Notes: generated by a model from the sequence alone, not told the origin. 64,000 bases of DNA from Candidatus Onstottus arcticum (GCA_038040485.1 JBBPIE010000001.1:152014-216013), one strand, 5' to 3'. Numbered from the stretch's first letter, positions 37,293 to 46,594 are shown. Numbers and translations: made by a program.

Positions 37293-37514
37293 ATGGGTTG
37301 GAATGATGAGGAAGACAATAACATCTACAAAGTCGTGATGAACCACGAAGAGCAGTATTCAATTTGGCCTGCCGATCGAGAGAACCCGCTTGGCTGGACG
37401 GACGTCGGCAAGGTTGGGCCAAAAGCCGAATGCCTGGACTACATAAAAGAGGTGTGGACCGACATGCGGCCGCTCAGCCTGAGAAAAAAGATGGAAGAAG
37501 ACGCGAAACGCTAA
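37293..37514 (+). CDS. MbtH-like protein
   Basis: [51 protein letters not shown] is a textbook MbtH-like sequence with conserved W residues. Strong SD (aggagaggagacgaaATG). Confidence 0.88.
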   Translation: MGWNDEEDNNIYKVVMNHEEQYSIWPADRENPLGWTDVGKVGPKAECLDYIKEVWTDMRPLSLRKKMEEDAKR

Positions 37515-37672
37515 AGGAGATGCGCGATCAGTGCCGGCTAGGCGAGCGCGGGCTGTAACCCGTGTGTTTGCGGCCGTGATAACGCAAGGCACGGGTCTTT
37601 CCTGGCGACACCGCCAACATACTGTGGGCTCCATCCGAGAGTCTGGTAGAATGACGCCGAGGTAACCAGGCT

Positions 37673-37900
37673 ATGGAAGCATTAAGCGCCAAGGAAGTAT
37701 ACGAACTTCACGTGAAACGGCTGCCACCAGAGGAGCGCAAGCGATTGGCGGAGATGATTACCCGCGCGATAGAACCACCGACTCATCAAGGCGAACGCAG
37801 CCTCCTGGAACTAGAAGGGCTCGGCGCCGAACTCTGGGAAGGAGTCGACGCCCAGGAATACGTCAATGAACTGAGAAAAGAATGGGACCACCGCCCGTAA
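37673..37900 (+). CDS. Putative antitoxin (VapB-like)
   Basis: 75-aa ORF immediately upstream of and overlapping a PIN-domain gene. Charged and helical. Confidence 0.55.
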   Translation: MEALSAKEVYELHVKRLPPEERKRLAEMITRAIEPPTHQGERSLLELEGLGAELWEGVDAQEYVNELRKEWDHRP

Positions 37901-38346
37901 TCAAGCTCGACGACGCTCTTGAGGGTGTTACAAGGCTCGGCTTTGACACGTCGCCCTTCATCTACTTTGTTGAACGTAACCCTAAGTATCTGGATCTGGT
38001 CCGCGAGGTTATTCGCAGAGTTGATCTTGGGGAAATTGAGGGCCTGAGTTCGGTCGTTACCCTCACCGAGGTACTCACCAAGCCCAAGCAATCCGGCAAT
38101 GCCGTCATCGAAGCCGAGTACAGTTCCTTGCTGCTCACCAGTCGAAACTTCGCGCTCTTGCCAATCAGCATCGGAGTTGCTGAGATCGCTGCAGATTTGC
38201 GCGCGCGATACAGCATACGCACACCGGACGCTCTGCAGATCGCCGCAACTCTGAGCGTGGGCTGCCAGGCGTTCCTCACAAACGATGCCGCGTTACGGCG
38301 TGTAAACGACCTCAGGATTCTGGTCTTGGACCAACTGGAATTGTGA
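37882..38346 (+). CDS. PIN-domain toxin (VapC-like)
   Basis: LGFDTSPFIYF...SVVTLTEV...FLTNDAALRR fits the PIN acidic residues. The 19-nt overlap with the upstream ORF suggests the true start may be a downstream codon. Confidence 0.65.
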   Translation: MGPPPVIKLDDALEGVTRLGFDTSPFIYFVERNPKYLDLVREVIRRVDLGEIEGLSSVVTLTEVLTKPKQSGNAVIEAEYSSLLLTSRNFALLPISIGVAEIAADLRARYSIRTPDALQIAATLSVGCQAFLTNDAALRRVNDLRILVLDQLEL

Positions 38347-38348
38347 AT

Positions 38349-38939
38349 CTACACCTTCGCCAACGTGAGTCCATTCTGGTCTTGATACTTCCCGCCTCGG
38401 TCGCTGTAGCTCGTTTCGCAATCTTCGTCCGATTCGAAAAACAGTATCTGAATAAAGCCTTCTTCCGCGTACAGCCTCACCGGTAGGTTCGCAGCATTGT
38501 ACAACTCCACGACTAACCTTCCGCACCAGTTTGCTTCCAGCGGCGTTGTGTTTGCCATCAACCCGCATCGCGCGTAGGTGCTCTTTCCTATCGCAAGCGC
38601 AGTCACTCTCCGCGGAATCTGGAAGCGCTCGATGGTGACTCCCAGTGCGTAAGAGTGGGGAGGCAGCAGCCAGTAATCCGAACCGTCTTCCGCGCGGCGG
38701 ATCGGAACATCCAACAAGCTGTTCGGATCAAAGTTCTTGGGGTCGATCTCAGTGCCGGTCACGGGCGAGAAGACCTTGAACTCGTCGCGCGCCAGGCGGC
38801 AGTCATAACCGTAGCTCGACAGCCCGCAGCTTATGATGCGGCGATCCTCGACCGTCCGAACGAGCTTCTCCTCGAACGGGTTGATCAGCTTCTGCTCGCG
38901 GCACATCTGCTTGATCCAAGTGTCTGACTTGATGGACAT
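38349..38939 (-). CDS. dcd: dCTP deaminase
   Basis: MSIKSDTWIKQM...SCGLSSYGYDCRLA...VELYNAAN...ILFFES is the conserved Dcd sequence. Confidence 0.9.
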   Translation of the reverse strand: MSIKSDTWIKQMCREQKLINPFEEKLVRTVEDRRIISCGLSSYGYDCRLARDEFKVFSPVTGTEIDPKNFDPNSLLDVPIRRAEDGSDYWLLPPHSYALGVTIERFQIPRRVTALAIGKSTYARCGLMANTTPLEANWCGRLVVELYNAANLPVRLYAEEGFIQILFFESDEDCETSYSDRGGKYQDQNGLTLAKV

Positions 38940-39063
38940 CGGGCCTCCGGTGAGTGGTAATCGAGCGAGGAATCTAACGGGCTGCGATGAGGCAAGTCAA
39001 ACGGCCTTCAAACCAAGCCGGGCAGTGCTTTTCGAGCAAACCCGTTTTGGCTAAGATGCTTGC

Positions 39064-40632
39064 ATGCCTGAGCGCTTACCCGAGAACGTACGCCAACTGC
39101 TCGAAGCACAGGTAGAGCTGTACGCAGGCAAACGATTTCTGATCCTCGAGTCCGGGGAGCGCGAGTTCACCTACCGCGAGTTTGACGACCAGGTCAATCG
39201 AGCCGCGAATGTGCTCATCGAGCTTGGCGCGGTAAAAGGCGATCGGGTGAGCTTGCTCCTGACCAATCGCCCCGAGTATCTGATCTTCTATTTCGCTTGC
39301 TTCAAGATCGGCGCCTGGGCGGGTCCGGTGAACTCTCTGCTCAAGCCCAACGAGATCCAGTTCATCGTCGCCAACTCAGAAGCAAAGATCGTGGTCACCG
39401 AGTCGTCGCTTTCTCCGGGGATCGAGCAAGCACGCGCGAACATAGACTCGCTCCGTCACGTGCTGGTCATCGACCAGGATAGTAGTCAGTGGTCAGTGGC
39501 GGAACAGTCCGAAGGTTCAGGGTTCAGGGTTCAGGGTTCCGAATCAGACCCGGAACTCGGAACGCGAGACTCGGAACCGCGCGCCGACGACGAAGCCGTC
39601 ATCATCTACACCTCGGGCACTACCGGCAAGCCAAAGGGCGTGCTGCTAACGCACGGGAACTTGCTCTCAAACGCACAGCAGATTGCCGAATGGCTTCGGC
39701 TCACGGAAGAAGACCGCTCGCTGATGATAATGCCGCTGTTTCATGTCAACGCGCTGATGACCACGTGTCTGGCCGCGATGTGGGTCGGCGGGAGCGTCGT
39801 GCTGGCGCCGCGCTTTAGCGCCTCGCGTCACTGGGAGACAGTCACGCGACACGGGGTTACCTACTTCGGTTCGGTCGCGACGATGTTGTCGTTGCTCAAC
39901 CAGACTTATCCCGAGGGCGTGCCCTCAGGAGTGAACATCAGCCGCTTGCGATTCGCGCTCTGCGGTTCCGCGCCCGTTCCGGTCGAGGTGCTGAAAACTT
40001 TCGAGTCGCTGTTTCAGTGTCCGGTGATCGAAGGGTACGGCTTGTCGGAATCGACCTGCCGCTCGACGTTCAACCCGCCGGACGAGCGTCGCCGAATTGG
40101 GTCAGTCGGACTGCCGATCGGCAACGAAGCCAAAGTCTTTGACGAAAACGATCGCGAGCTTGGCGTGGGTGAGGTCGGCGAGATCGTTCTACGCGGACCG
40201 AACATCATGAAGGGCTACTACCGGAACGAGGACGCGAACGCCGAAGCGTTTCGTTCGGGCTGGTTTCACACCGGCGACCTCGGCTGTTGCGATGAGGACG
40301 GGTTCTTTTTCGTGGTGGACCGTAAGAGCGACATGATCATTCGCGGCGGCGAGAACATATACCCGCGCGAGATCGACGAAGTGCTCTACCAACATTCGAA
40401 GGTGCAAGACGCTGCAACGATCGGAGTGAAAGACGGTCTGTACGGGGAAGAAGTAAAGTCGTTCATAGTGTTGCGCGAAGGCGAGGAGGCCGGCGAAGGA
40501 GAGATTCTTGATTTTTGCCGCGAGCGGCTCGCAGATTTCAAATGTCCAAAATCGATAGAGTTTCTTGACGAGATTCCGAAGGGCCCAACGGGTAAGCTTC
40601 TAAAGCGGGAACTCGCGTCGAGGAAACCATGA
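39064..40632 (+). CDS. AMP-dependent synthetase/ligase (acyl-CoA synthetase family)
   Basis: AMP-binding box IIYTSGTTGKPKGVLLTH, TGDLGCCDEDGFFFVVDRKSDMIIRGGENIYPREIDEVL, and the C-terminal K of ...PKGPTGKLLKREL. Confidence 0.88.
   Translation: MPERLPENVRQLLEAQVELYAGKRFLILESGEREFTYREFDDQVNRAANVLIELGAVKGDRVSLLLTNRPEYLIFYFACFKIGAWAGPVNSLLKPNEIQFIVANSEAKIVVTESSLSPGIEQARANIDSLRHVLVIDQDSSQWSVAEQSEGSGFRVQGSESDPELGTRDSEPRADDEAVIIYTSGTTGKPKGVLLTHGNLLSNAQQIAEWLRLTEEDRSLMIMPLFHVNALMTTCLAAMWVGGSVVLAPRFSASRHWETVTRHGVTYFGSVATMLSLLNQTYPEGVPSGVNISRLRFALCGSAPVPVEVLKTFESLFQCPVIEGYGLSESTCRSTFNPPDERRRIGSVGLPIGNEAKVFDENDRELGVGEVGEIVLRGPNIMKGYYRNEDANAEAFRSGWFHTGDLGCCDEDGFFFVVDRKSDMIIRGGENIYPREIDEVLYQHSKVQDAATIGVKDGLYGEEVKSFIVLREGEEAGEGEILDFCRERLADFKCPKSIEFLDEIPKGPTGKLLKRELASRKP
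39478..39600. repeat. Palindromic simple-repeat element, in-frame inside the acyl-CoA synthetase gene
   Basis: agtagtcagtggtcagtggcgg... (GGTTCAG)x3 ... centre CGAATCAGACC ... cggaactcggaacgcgagactcggaaccg. Encodes DSSQWSVAEQSEGSGFRVQGSESDPELGTRDSEPR between conserved AMP-binding subdomains. Confidence 0.85.
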
Positions 40633-40972
40633 TCCGTGACCGGGGTTTGATCCGGCAGCCGTCGCCTCCCAATCCCCCGAGCGCAGGTCCCGAATCACTG
40701 GTCACTTCATCTGCAGCCAGATAAGGCGCCCAACCCCGAACGCAAGGGCAATGCACGCGAAGAACAGCGCGCCGCAAGCGACCCCCTCCGCGATACGCAG
40801 ACTCCTCGTGCCTGTAAGCTGAGGATGCCGAGTCTCGACTCGCTCGAGAGAGGTCGCGATCCATATGGAACCGCCGCACCAAAAGGCGATCCCTATTGCG
40901 AAACCACAGACTGTCGGTACCAGGTACAAGCGTGTTCTCCCCCGCCGACTGAACGGTAGAACTCTCTTAAGG

Positions 40973-41482
40973 TCAGCCCTTGGCAAGCAAGCGGAGCTGT
41001 TTTGGTGTCATCAGCCACACCAGCTCACCGCGAAACGCCGGAACTGTCTCAACGACGTTGATGCTGCAGACGCTTCCCTTCCTGAGGTTCATCGCAAAGC
41101 GCCCGCTGCCCTGCACCATCCGCGCCGCCAGTTCGCCCAGGTACGGCTCGTGCCCGACTAAGGCCGCTGACTCAACGCCGGTGTGGCTCTTGATCTCAGC
41201 GAACAACTCGTCGGCAGAACCGCCTGGCGCAAGCCCGCCAGTTTGGATGATCTCCTTCTTGCTAAGCCCAACCGCCTCGGCAACCAACTCAGCCGTCTCG
41301 ACCGCGCGCACGAGCGGACTGGTGAGCAGCAAGTCCAACTGGACTCCGAGCTTCCTCAAGCCGCGAGCAGCCTCACGCATGCGGTCGCGGCCCTCGGTCG
41401 TGAGCGTGCGCTTCTCGTCGGTGAAGTCGTTCTTCAATCCGAGCTGCTGAGCTACGCCGTGTCTGATCAGATAAAGTTCCAT
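40973..41482 (-). CDS. sixA: Phosphohistidine phosphatase SixA / histidine phosphatase family
   Basis: MELYLIRHGVA...TEGRD...LLLTSPLVRAVETAEL...LVGHEP. Start chosen at ATG 41482. Confidence 0.8.
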   Translation of the reverse strand: MELYLIRHGVAQQLGLKNDFTDEKRTLTTEGRDRMREAARGLRKLGVQLDLLLTSPLVRAVETAELVAEAVGLSKKEIIQTGGLAPGGSADELFAEIKSHTGVESAALVGHEPYLGELAARMVQGSGRFAMNLRKGSVCSINVVETVPAFRGELVWLMTPKQLRLLAKG

Positions 41483-41577
41483 TGAGAATTGCGCCTCGCG
41501 CCGCGCGTGGTGATTATAGGACATCGTCTCGGAAGCAGTCTACGCACAGTTCCGCGGGAGCACAGGCAAAGGTGATT

Positions 41578-41692
41578 TTTTGGATTTTAGATTTTAGATT
41601 TTGGATTTTGGATTTTGGATTGCGCCGCTGCCCTTGTAGCTCTTGGTGGCAAGCTCGAGCTATTCCAAAATCCAAAATCCAAAATCCAAAAT
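41578..41692. repeat. Palindromic simple-repeat element (TTTTGGA/TTTTAGA units)
   Basis: tttttggattttagattttagattttggattttggattttggatt | gcgccgctgcccttgtagctcttggtggcaagctcgagctatt | ccaaaatccaaaatccaaaatccaaaatg. Confidence 0.85.
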
Positions 41693-41791
41693 GACCTTCG
41701 CCTCCCAGGGACTACCGGCAAGTAGGGCTTCTTGTTCGCTGAACGCGGCCAAGGTAGACTCGCCTTTGAGCGCAAGCTTGGTCATCGGGCA

Positions 41792-42925
41792 ATGATATTC
41801 AACTCGAAACCGTTTTATCTGGGCCGCGTCCTGGGCATACCGATCCGGGCACACTACAGTTGGCTGCCCGTCTTCCCGTTCTATGCGTGGGCGATCGCGT
41901 CGGGGTTGCTGCCTCGCGAGGCGCCCGGCCGCAGCACCTTTGAGTACTGGGCGCTCGGGCTTCTGACGACGATGCTGTTGTTTGTTTCAGTGCTCGCGCA
42001 CGAGCTTGCGCACGCATTAATGGCAAGAGCGGAAGGGCTCGGCACCGGCAACATAACGCTCTATATGTTTGGAGGGCTCGCATCGCTGAACGGGCAGCCG
42101 GCCTCGCCTTCATCTGAGTTCAAGATCGCCATCGTCGGTCCGGCTGCCAGCTTCCTGATCGGCGGCGTTTTCTTTTTGACCGTCGAACTACTCCTTCACG
42201 GTACAACCCATCGAGCGCTTGGGCAGGTGCTTCGGCACCTGGGTCTGGTGAACTGGTTTCTGGCGGGCTTCAACATATTGCCCGGCCTGCCGCTTGACGG
42301 CGGACGAGTGCTTCGCGCGGCGCTGTGGCGGTACAACAAGAATTTTCGAGTGGCAACCCAGATCGCGGTGCGCTCGGGGCTGATGATTGCAATAACGCTT
42401 GTGGTGTTTGGCGTCTACTTTTTTTTGAAAGTACCCGATTACGGGATCACCGGGATTTGGTGCGCGATCGTCGGGTTGATAATCGCCTTGATGCTGGGCA
42501 CAACCGAGGGCCGCAGCCGCGGCGTCTGGCGCGTGAAACGCGGAACCGTCGAGGATGTGATGATCCAGGACGTGGTTCAGATTCCGCCGTCGATGAAGAT
42601 CAATGACTTCATTGACAAGGTGCTCAATAACAATCACCACACGAGTTTTCCGGTGGTCGACAACAGACGACTTCACGGGTTGTTGCTGCTGGAAGAGTTA
42701 AAGAAAGTGCCGCGCGAGGAGTGGCCCCAGCTTGAAGCCCGTGACGTGATGCGCCCGGTTGACCCTTCGATGTTTGTGAACTGGAACGCGACGATTGATC
42801 AGGCGCAGTCTATGCTGGCGGCCAATGGCCTCGAGCGCGCGGTAGTATTAGACTCGAATGGATTCATTGTGGGCTATATCAGCTTGCAGGATGTCGCCAA
42901 GGTGCAGGGCGGTAGGCCCAGCTAG
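41792..42925 (+). CDS. Site-2 protease family (M50) zinc metalloprotease with tandem CBS domains
   Basis: HELAHALMAR (HExxH) in TM helix. Multiple TM segments. C-terminal CBS pairs (VMIQDVVQIPPSM...; GYISLQDV). Start chosen at ATG 41792. Confidence 0.8.
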   Translation: MIFNSKPFYLGRVLGIPIRAHYSWLPVFPFYAWAIASGLLPREAPGRSTFEYWALGLLTTMLLFVSVLAHELAHALMARAEGLGTGNITLYMFGGLASLNGQPASPSSEFKIAIVGPAASFLIGGVFFLTVELLLHGTTHRALGQVLRHLGLVNWFLAGFNILPGLPLDGGRVLRAALWRYNKNFRVATQIAVRSGLMIAITLVVFGVYFFLKVPDYGITGIWCAIVGLIIALMLGTTEGRSRGVWRVKRGTVEDVMIQDVVQIPPSMKINDFIDKVLNNNHHTSFPVVDNRRLHGLLLLEELKKVPREEWPQLEARDVMRPVDPSMFVNWNATIDQAQSMLAANGLERAVVLDSNGFIVGYISLQDVAKVQGGRPS

Positions 42926-43007
42926 CAGGAAGTCAATCTGGTGTGTTCTCGAAGGCGCAAACTAGTATACTGTACGCGCGCAACGTGGGTGCGTCGGAGA
43001 CGCTCGA

Positions 43008-43448
43008 TTGAACAAGACCTTTAGCCCTTTGGAATGGCTGAACATTATTGGCAGCGTTGCGTCCATCGTCGGAATTGCTCTTTCAGTTTACGTGATCTAC
43101 AATCTTCGTCAAATTCGAAGGTCGTATATGTTCACAGCGAGAGCCCCCGACCTGCTTAAGCGACTTAAGGCGCACTCGTCCCAAGTAAAGAAACTGTTAA
43201 TCGACTTCGACAATTCAAGAGATGAAATCGAGGCAGAGTTGGCGCTGTGCTCGGCCGTTCTAGGCTCTCTCTTGAACAAGGTTAGTCGGAATGAACGTAA
43301 AACCATCTTGAATGTTATTCAGTTGATCGCTGAGAATAGAACTTTGGGCGAGCAGTCCAAGGATCAAGTTTGGATGGTATACAAAAGACTTGTGGGAGTC
43401 GGTGAAACGTTGCGGAACCTGCAAAAGGATAAGCTATGGGAGAAGTAA
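43008..43448 (+). CDS. Hypothetical protein with one N-terminal TM helix (AT-rich cassette, gene 1)
   Basis: 146 aa with TM LNIIGSVASIVGIALSVYVIY, then a helical K/E-rich domain. Codon usage and GC clearly lower than flanking genes. Confidence 0.6.
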   Translation: MNKTFSPLEWLNIIGSVASIVGIALSVYVIYNLRQIRRSYMFTARAPDLLKRLKAHSSQVKKLLIDFDNSRDEIEAELALCSAVLGSLLNKVSRNERKTILNVIQLIAENRTLGEQSKDQVWMVYKRLVGVGETLRNLQKDKLWEK

Positions 43449-43868
43449 ATGACATCCGAAAAAGAAAAACTCATTGAAGTAATCGTAAAGTTAATAAGGG
43501 AAACGCAAGAAGGCAAAATCCGATGGGACATTAAGGAACCGCCTGCCTCATTGAAGTTAGATGTCGATGCCGCAGTCGATTTGGCCTATGAAACGGAGTA
43601 CAAAGGCAAACGACTTCGATTGTACAAAGAGAACTACGTGGTCGAGCGAGGTCTCATTCAGCGAGATCCCATCTTGGATAACCTGCTCGGGACAAAATAT
43701 CCCCACTGGGCAGCCAATATTATGTTGGAGATCACGGACGAGAAGGGAAAAACGTTATGGACTTTTCCGGACGTAAACGGCCTGGACGATCTATTGGATT
43801 CCGTGGAGTATCAAGCCGCAGGAGTAAGCGATTTCCTTGATGAAATTGTGAGTGATAAGGTCTCTTGA
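43449..43868 (+). CDS. Hypothetical soluble protein (AT-rich cassette, gene 2)
   Basis: 139 aa. Translationally coupled to gene 1 (TAAATG). No recognisable domain. Confidence 0.6.
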   Translation: MTSEKEKLIEVIVKLIRETQEGKIRWDIKEPPASLKLDVDAAVDLAYETEYKGKRLRLYKENYVVERGLIQRDPILDNLLGTKYPHWAANIMLEITDEKGKTLWTFPDVNGLDDLLDSVEYQAAGVSDFLDEIVSDKVS

Positions 43869-43877
43869 AGCATTGAG

Positions 43878-45788
43878 TCATTTGACTGCGTCGCTGCCTT
43901 TTGGCAAGCCCGCGCGCAGCTTCCTTAAGTAGGCATTCAAACCCGCATACAACGAAGCCGCAACGCGCTCGCGGAATTCAACTGTTTGCAGCAGAGCTTC
44001 GTCTTTCGGGTTCGAGAGGAAGGAAACCTCAGCGAGCACGCTTGGCATCGACGCGCCGAGCAGCACGACGAACGGCGCGTGCTTTACGCCGCGATTGGCA
44101 GCAGTTCGAGGTGATTGAGCGCCAATGCCTCGCACCAATCCTGATTGAATGTACCGCGCAAGCTCACGGGACTCGGCTACGCGATTGCCCATGGTCGTAA
44201 CGCTGGCGACTACCGGTTGAGCACGATCGGCGGTCTTCGCGCTCGCAAGAGTCGCGTTCTCGCGAGCCGCTGTCTGCAAGTCCTCGGCTGGAACGCGGTC
44301 CGGGCTGACAAAATAGGTTTCCACTCCAGAAGCAATGCGCGATTGGCTCGCGTTGGCGTGGATCGATATGAACAGATCTGCGCGCCGCGAGTTCGCAATC
44401 GCAGTGCGCTCCTCGAGCGCGACAAATCGATCCGCGTCCCGCGTGAGAATCACTTCGACCTCCGGGTAACTGTGTTTGATGTAACCCCTCAGCCTTCGTG
44501 CTACGTCCAGCACGAGGTCCTTCTCGCGCATGCCGCCTGAGCTGATTGTACCGGTGTCGTGTCCGCCGTGGCCGGGGTCGATCACGATACGATGGATCGA
44601 AGCTACGGCGGCTTTGGCGTCGATTTTCGCGCCCAGCGCCTTTGCGAGGACGTCTGCCGGGTTAGCAGCGGGCGGCGCGCTGCGAGCTGTCGCGAGCGTG
44701 ACTATCGGCTCCTGGATCTCGGGTAATGAAATCAGCGGGTTCCGATCGGCTGCGCTCAGTTTGCCCGCGCGAGCCTGCTCGTCTGAAGAGTGCGCGTTCG
44801 CAGATCGCGACTCGCTCGATTCCGATGCGTGAGCAATCCCGCCCGCTCGAAGATCGATCACGATGCGTTCCGGATCCGAAAGACGAAAGGCCGAGTAGTC
44901 GAACGCCGTGCTCAGGTCGATGTCGATCTGAATCCCCGTTGCTGTGCCCTGCGAGACTCTAACTCGTCTCAACAATCCCGACTCGCCGACTATGAATCTG
45001 CGGCCGTACAGCGAGCGCGCGACCGTCGATTCATCAAGCTCAAAGCTCACTCGATTCGCCTCGCGGCGCGCGATGAACTTCGATGCATCCGACAGGTCGA
45101 GCACGACCCGCGCATAGTCCGGTCCGCTGAAGCTCCGGACGTTGGTGAGTCGCGAAGGCCCAATCGTTGCGGCGTCTCCCGCGCCGACCCCCGGAGCTAC
45201 AACAACGTCGACCGGTCTGCGTGCGAGTTCGGCTTCGAATCGCGCGACAACCGCCCGCGCTTCCCGGCCCAAAACAGAGGCGGGGAAATGGGCCGCCAGC
45301 TCTCGATAAGCGCCAGCGGCTCCATCCAGGTCCTGAAGGTTCTGTTCGTAGATTTGCGCTATGCTGATCAACGCGTCGCCGACAAACGCGCTGTTCGAGT
45401 GCTCATCGATCACGTTGCGATAGGTTTCAATCGACTGCTGATACAAAGCGGAATCGCCGGACACATCGGCCATTTCGCGCAAGAGTTCCGCGCGACGGGC
45501 AAGCGACTCTGCGGAAAAGTACATCTCCGTGTTGAGCCTTATCACTTGCCCATAGGCGTCGAGCACGCGGCGATAGTCGGCGGCGCTTCGCTGCTCGGGC
45601 GGCCGGTTATGCAGGTCGCTGCTTAGCGTGCCGGCATACTGGAAGAGTTCTTCGGCAAGAGATCGCGAGATGTGGGAAGGAGAACTCTCAGGATCGGCGG
45701 CGTTCAACACGGGGCGGACCGCCAGACAGAAAACCAGCGCGAAGACAACGCCGTTGAATATCACCTTGTCGCGCACCTGTCGTCGCAT
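43878..45788 (-). CDS. N-acetylmuramoyl-L-alanine amidase (Amidase_3/AmiC-like) with N-terminal TPR-like and AMIN-like regions
   Basis: C-terminal HRIVIDPGHGGHDTGTIS...DLFISIHANAS is the Amidase_3 catalytic core. Signal peptide. Confidence 0.85.
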   Translation of the reverse strand: MRRQVRDKVIFNGVVFALVFCLAVRPVLNAADPESSPSHISRSLAEELFQYAGTLSSDLHNRPPEQRSAADYRRVLDAYGQVIRLNTEMYFSAESLARRAELLREMADVSGDSALYQQSIETYRNVIDEHSNSAFVGDALISIAQIYEQNLQDLDGAAGAYRELAAHFPASVLGREARAVVARFEAELARRPVDVVVAPGVGAGDAATIGPSRLTNVRSFSGPDYARVVLDLSDASKFIARREANRVSFELDESTVARSLYGRRFIVGESGLLRRVRVSQGTATGIQIDIDLSTAFDYSAFRLSDPERIVIDLRAGGIAHASESSESRSANAHSSDEQARAGKLSAADRNPLISLPEIQEPIVTLATARSAPPAANPADVLAKALGAKIDAKAAVASIHRIVIDPGHGGHDTGTISSGGMREKDLVLDVARRLRGYIKHSYPEVEVILTRDADRFVALEERTAIANSRRADLFISIHANASQSRIASGVETYFVSPDRVPAEDLQTAARENATLASAKTADRAQPVVASVTTMGNRVAESRELARYIQSGLVRGIGAQSPRTAANRGVKHAPFVVLLGASMPSVLAEVSFLSNPKDEALLQTVEFRERVAASLYAGLNAYLRKLRAGLPKGSDAVK

Positions 45789-45856
45789 AGCTTCTGACTT
45801 TCGCTGGGGACGGTCGGGGCATTGAGTCTATTCAACAAGGGAGCGCAAAGCAACAG

Positions 45857-46594
45857 TCACTGTTGGCGTACCACGGCCAGGTCGGGGTCCTCGCGCCGGC
45901 CGCCATACCAGACTTCCAAAGCGTCGCGGCTTCTTAGCGCCTTCGGTCCGGTGAGCAGAATACCTCCAAAGAACCGGAGGACGTCCCTGCCGGAGTACAT
46001 TCGAAGTTTTCTGCCGGACGTCGTGACGGACTCGCGAAGAACAACAAAACGGCCTTGTCGCTTCAACGAGCGGCTCATTGTGACCTCTTCTGATGCGAAG
46101 AGCGTTTCGTCGAAGCCGCCTGCCGCTTCGAAAGCGCGACGCGTGCAGAAAAGAAAACAGCCGCACGCAATACCGAGAGCGCGGAAGATCCGTACCATTA
46201 CAGGGTGGACACGCTCTGCGTACTTTGGAACCTTGCCGTCGAATTTGACCGCTGAGCCGCCCCCGCTCGCTCCGTCGTCCATTGCTTCGATCGCAGCTCG
46301 AACGACCGCCTCGCAGACCACAGTATCGGCATCGACGAAGACCAGTTTGTCGCCCGTTGCTTCTCGCGCGCCGGCGTTGCGAGTGGCGGCTATCTGCCGG
46401 AGTTCGACTCTGACCACTCGAGCCCCGTGAGCCCTGGCAATCTCAGTCGTTAGGTCGGACGAAGCATCGTCCGCGACCACGATCTCATAAGCTTCACCAA
46501 GCGTTTGAGCGACTCGGTTCAAGGCCTCGAGCGTGCGGCCGATAAGCGCTTCTTCGTTGTAAGCTGGGACGATGAATGAAATCATTCGAGTCAC
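45857..46594 (-). CDS. Glycosyltransferase family 2
   Basis: ISFIVPAYNEE...VVADDASSD...FVDAD are GT-A fold DxD motifs. Confidence 0.85.
   Translation of the reverse strand: MTRMISFIVPAYNEEALIGRTLEALNRVAQTLGEAYEIVVADDASSDLTTEIARAHGARVVRVELRQIAATRNAGAREATGDKLVFVDADTVVCEAVVRAAIEAMDDGASGGGSAVKFDGKVPKYAERVHPVMVRIFRALGIACGCFLFCTRRAFEAAGGFDETLFASEEVTMSRSLKRQGRFVVLRESVTTSGRKLRMYSGRDVLRFFGGILLTGPKALRSRDALEVWYGGRREDPDLAVVRQQ

Noticed and set aside
40538-40986. Small minus-strand ORFs (114 aa and 94 aa) between the acyl-CoA synthetase and sixA
   Set aside because: The 94-aa ORF has two hydrophobic segments and might be a real small membrane protein, but there is no further support. The 114-aa ORF overlaps the synthetase 3' end antisense.
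2527-41692. Could the short tandem repeats (GTCCAAA, TTTTGGA, GGTTCAG, CGAAGGGG…) be CRISPR arrays?
   Set aside because: No alternation of constant repeats with unique spacers. Each locus is a single imperfect palindrome of two complementary arrays. Units are 6-8 nt, not 24-48 nt, and several are inside coding sequences.
44790-45626. 278-aa plus-strand ORF antisense to the amidase gene
   Set aside because: The Amidase_3 catalytic motifs are on the minus strand. The plus ORF is an Arg-rich antisense artefact.
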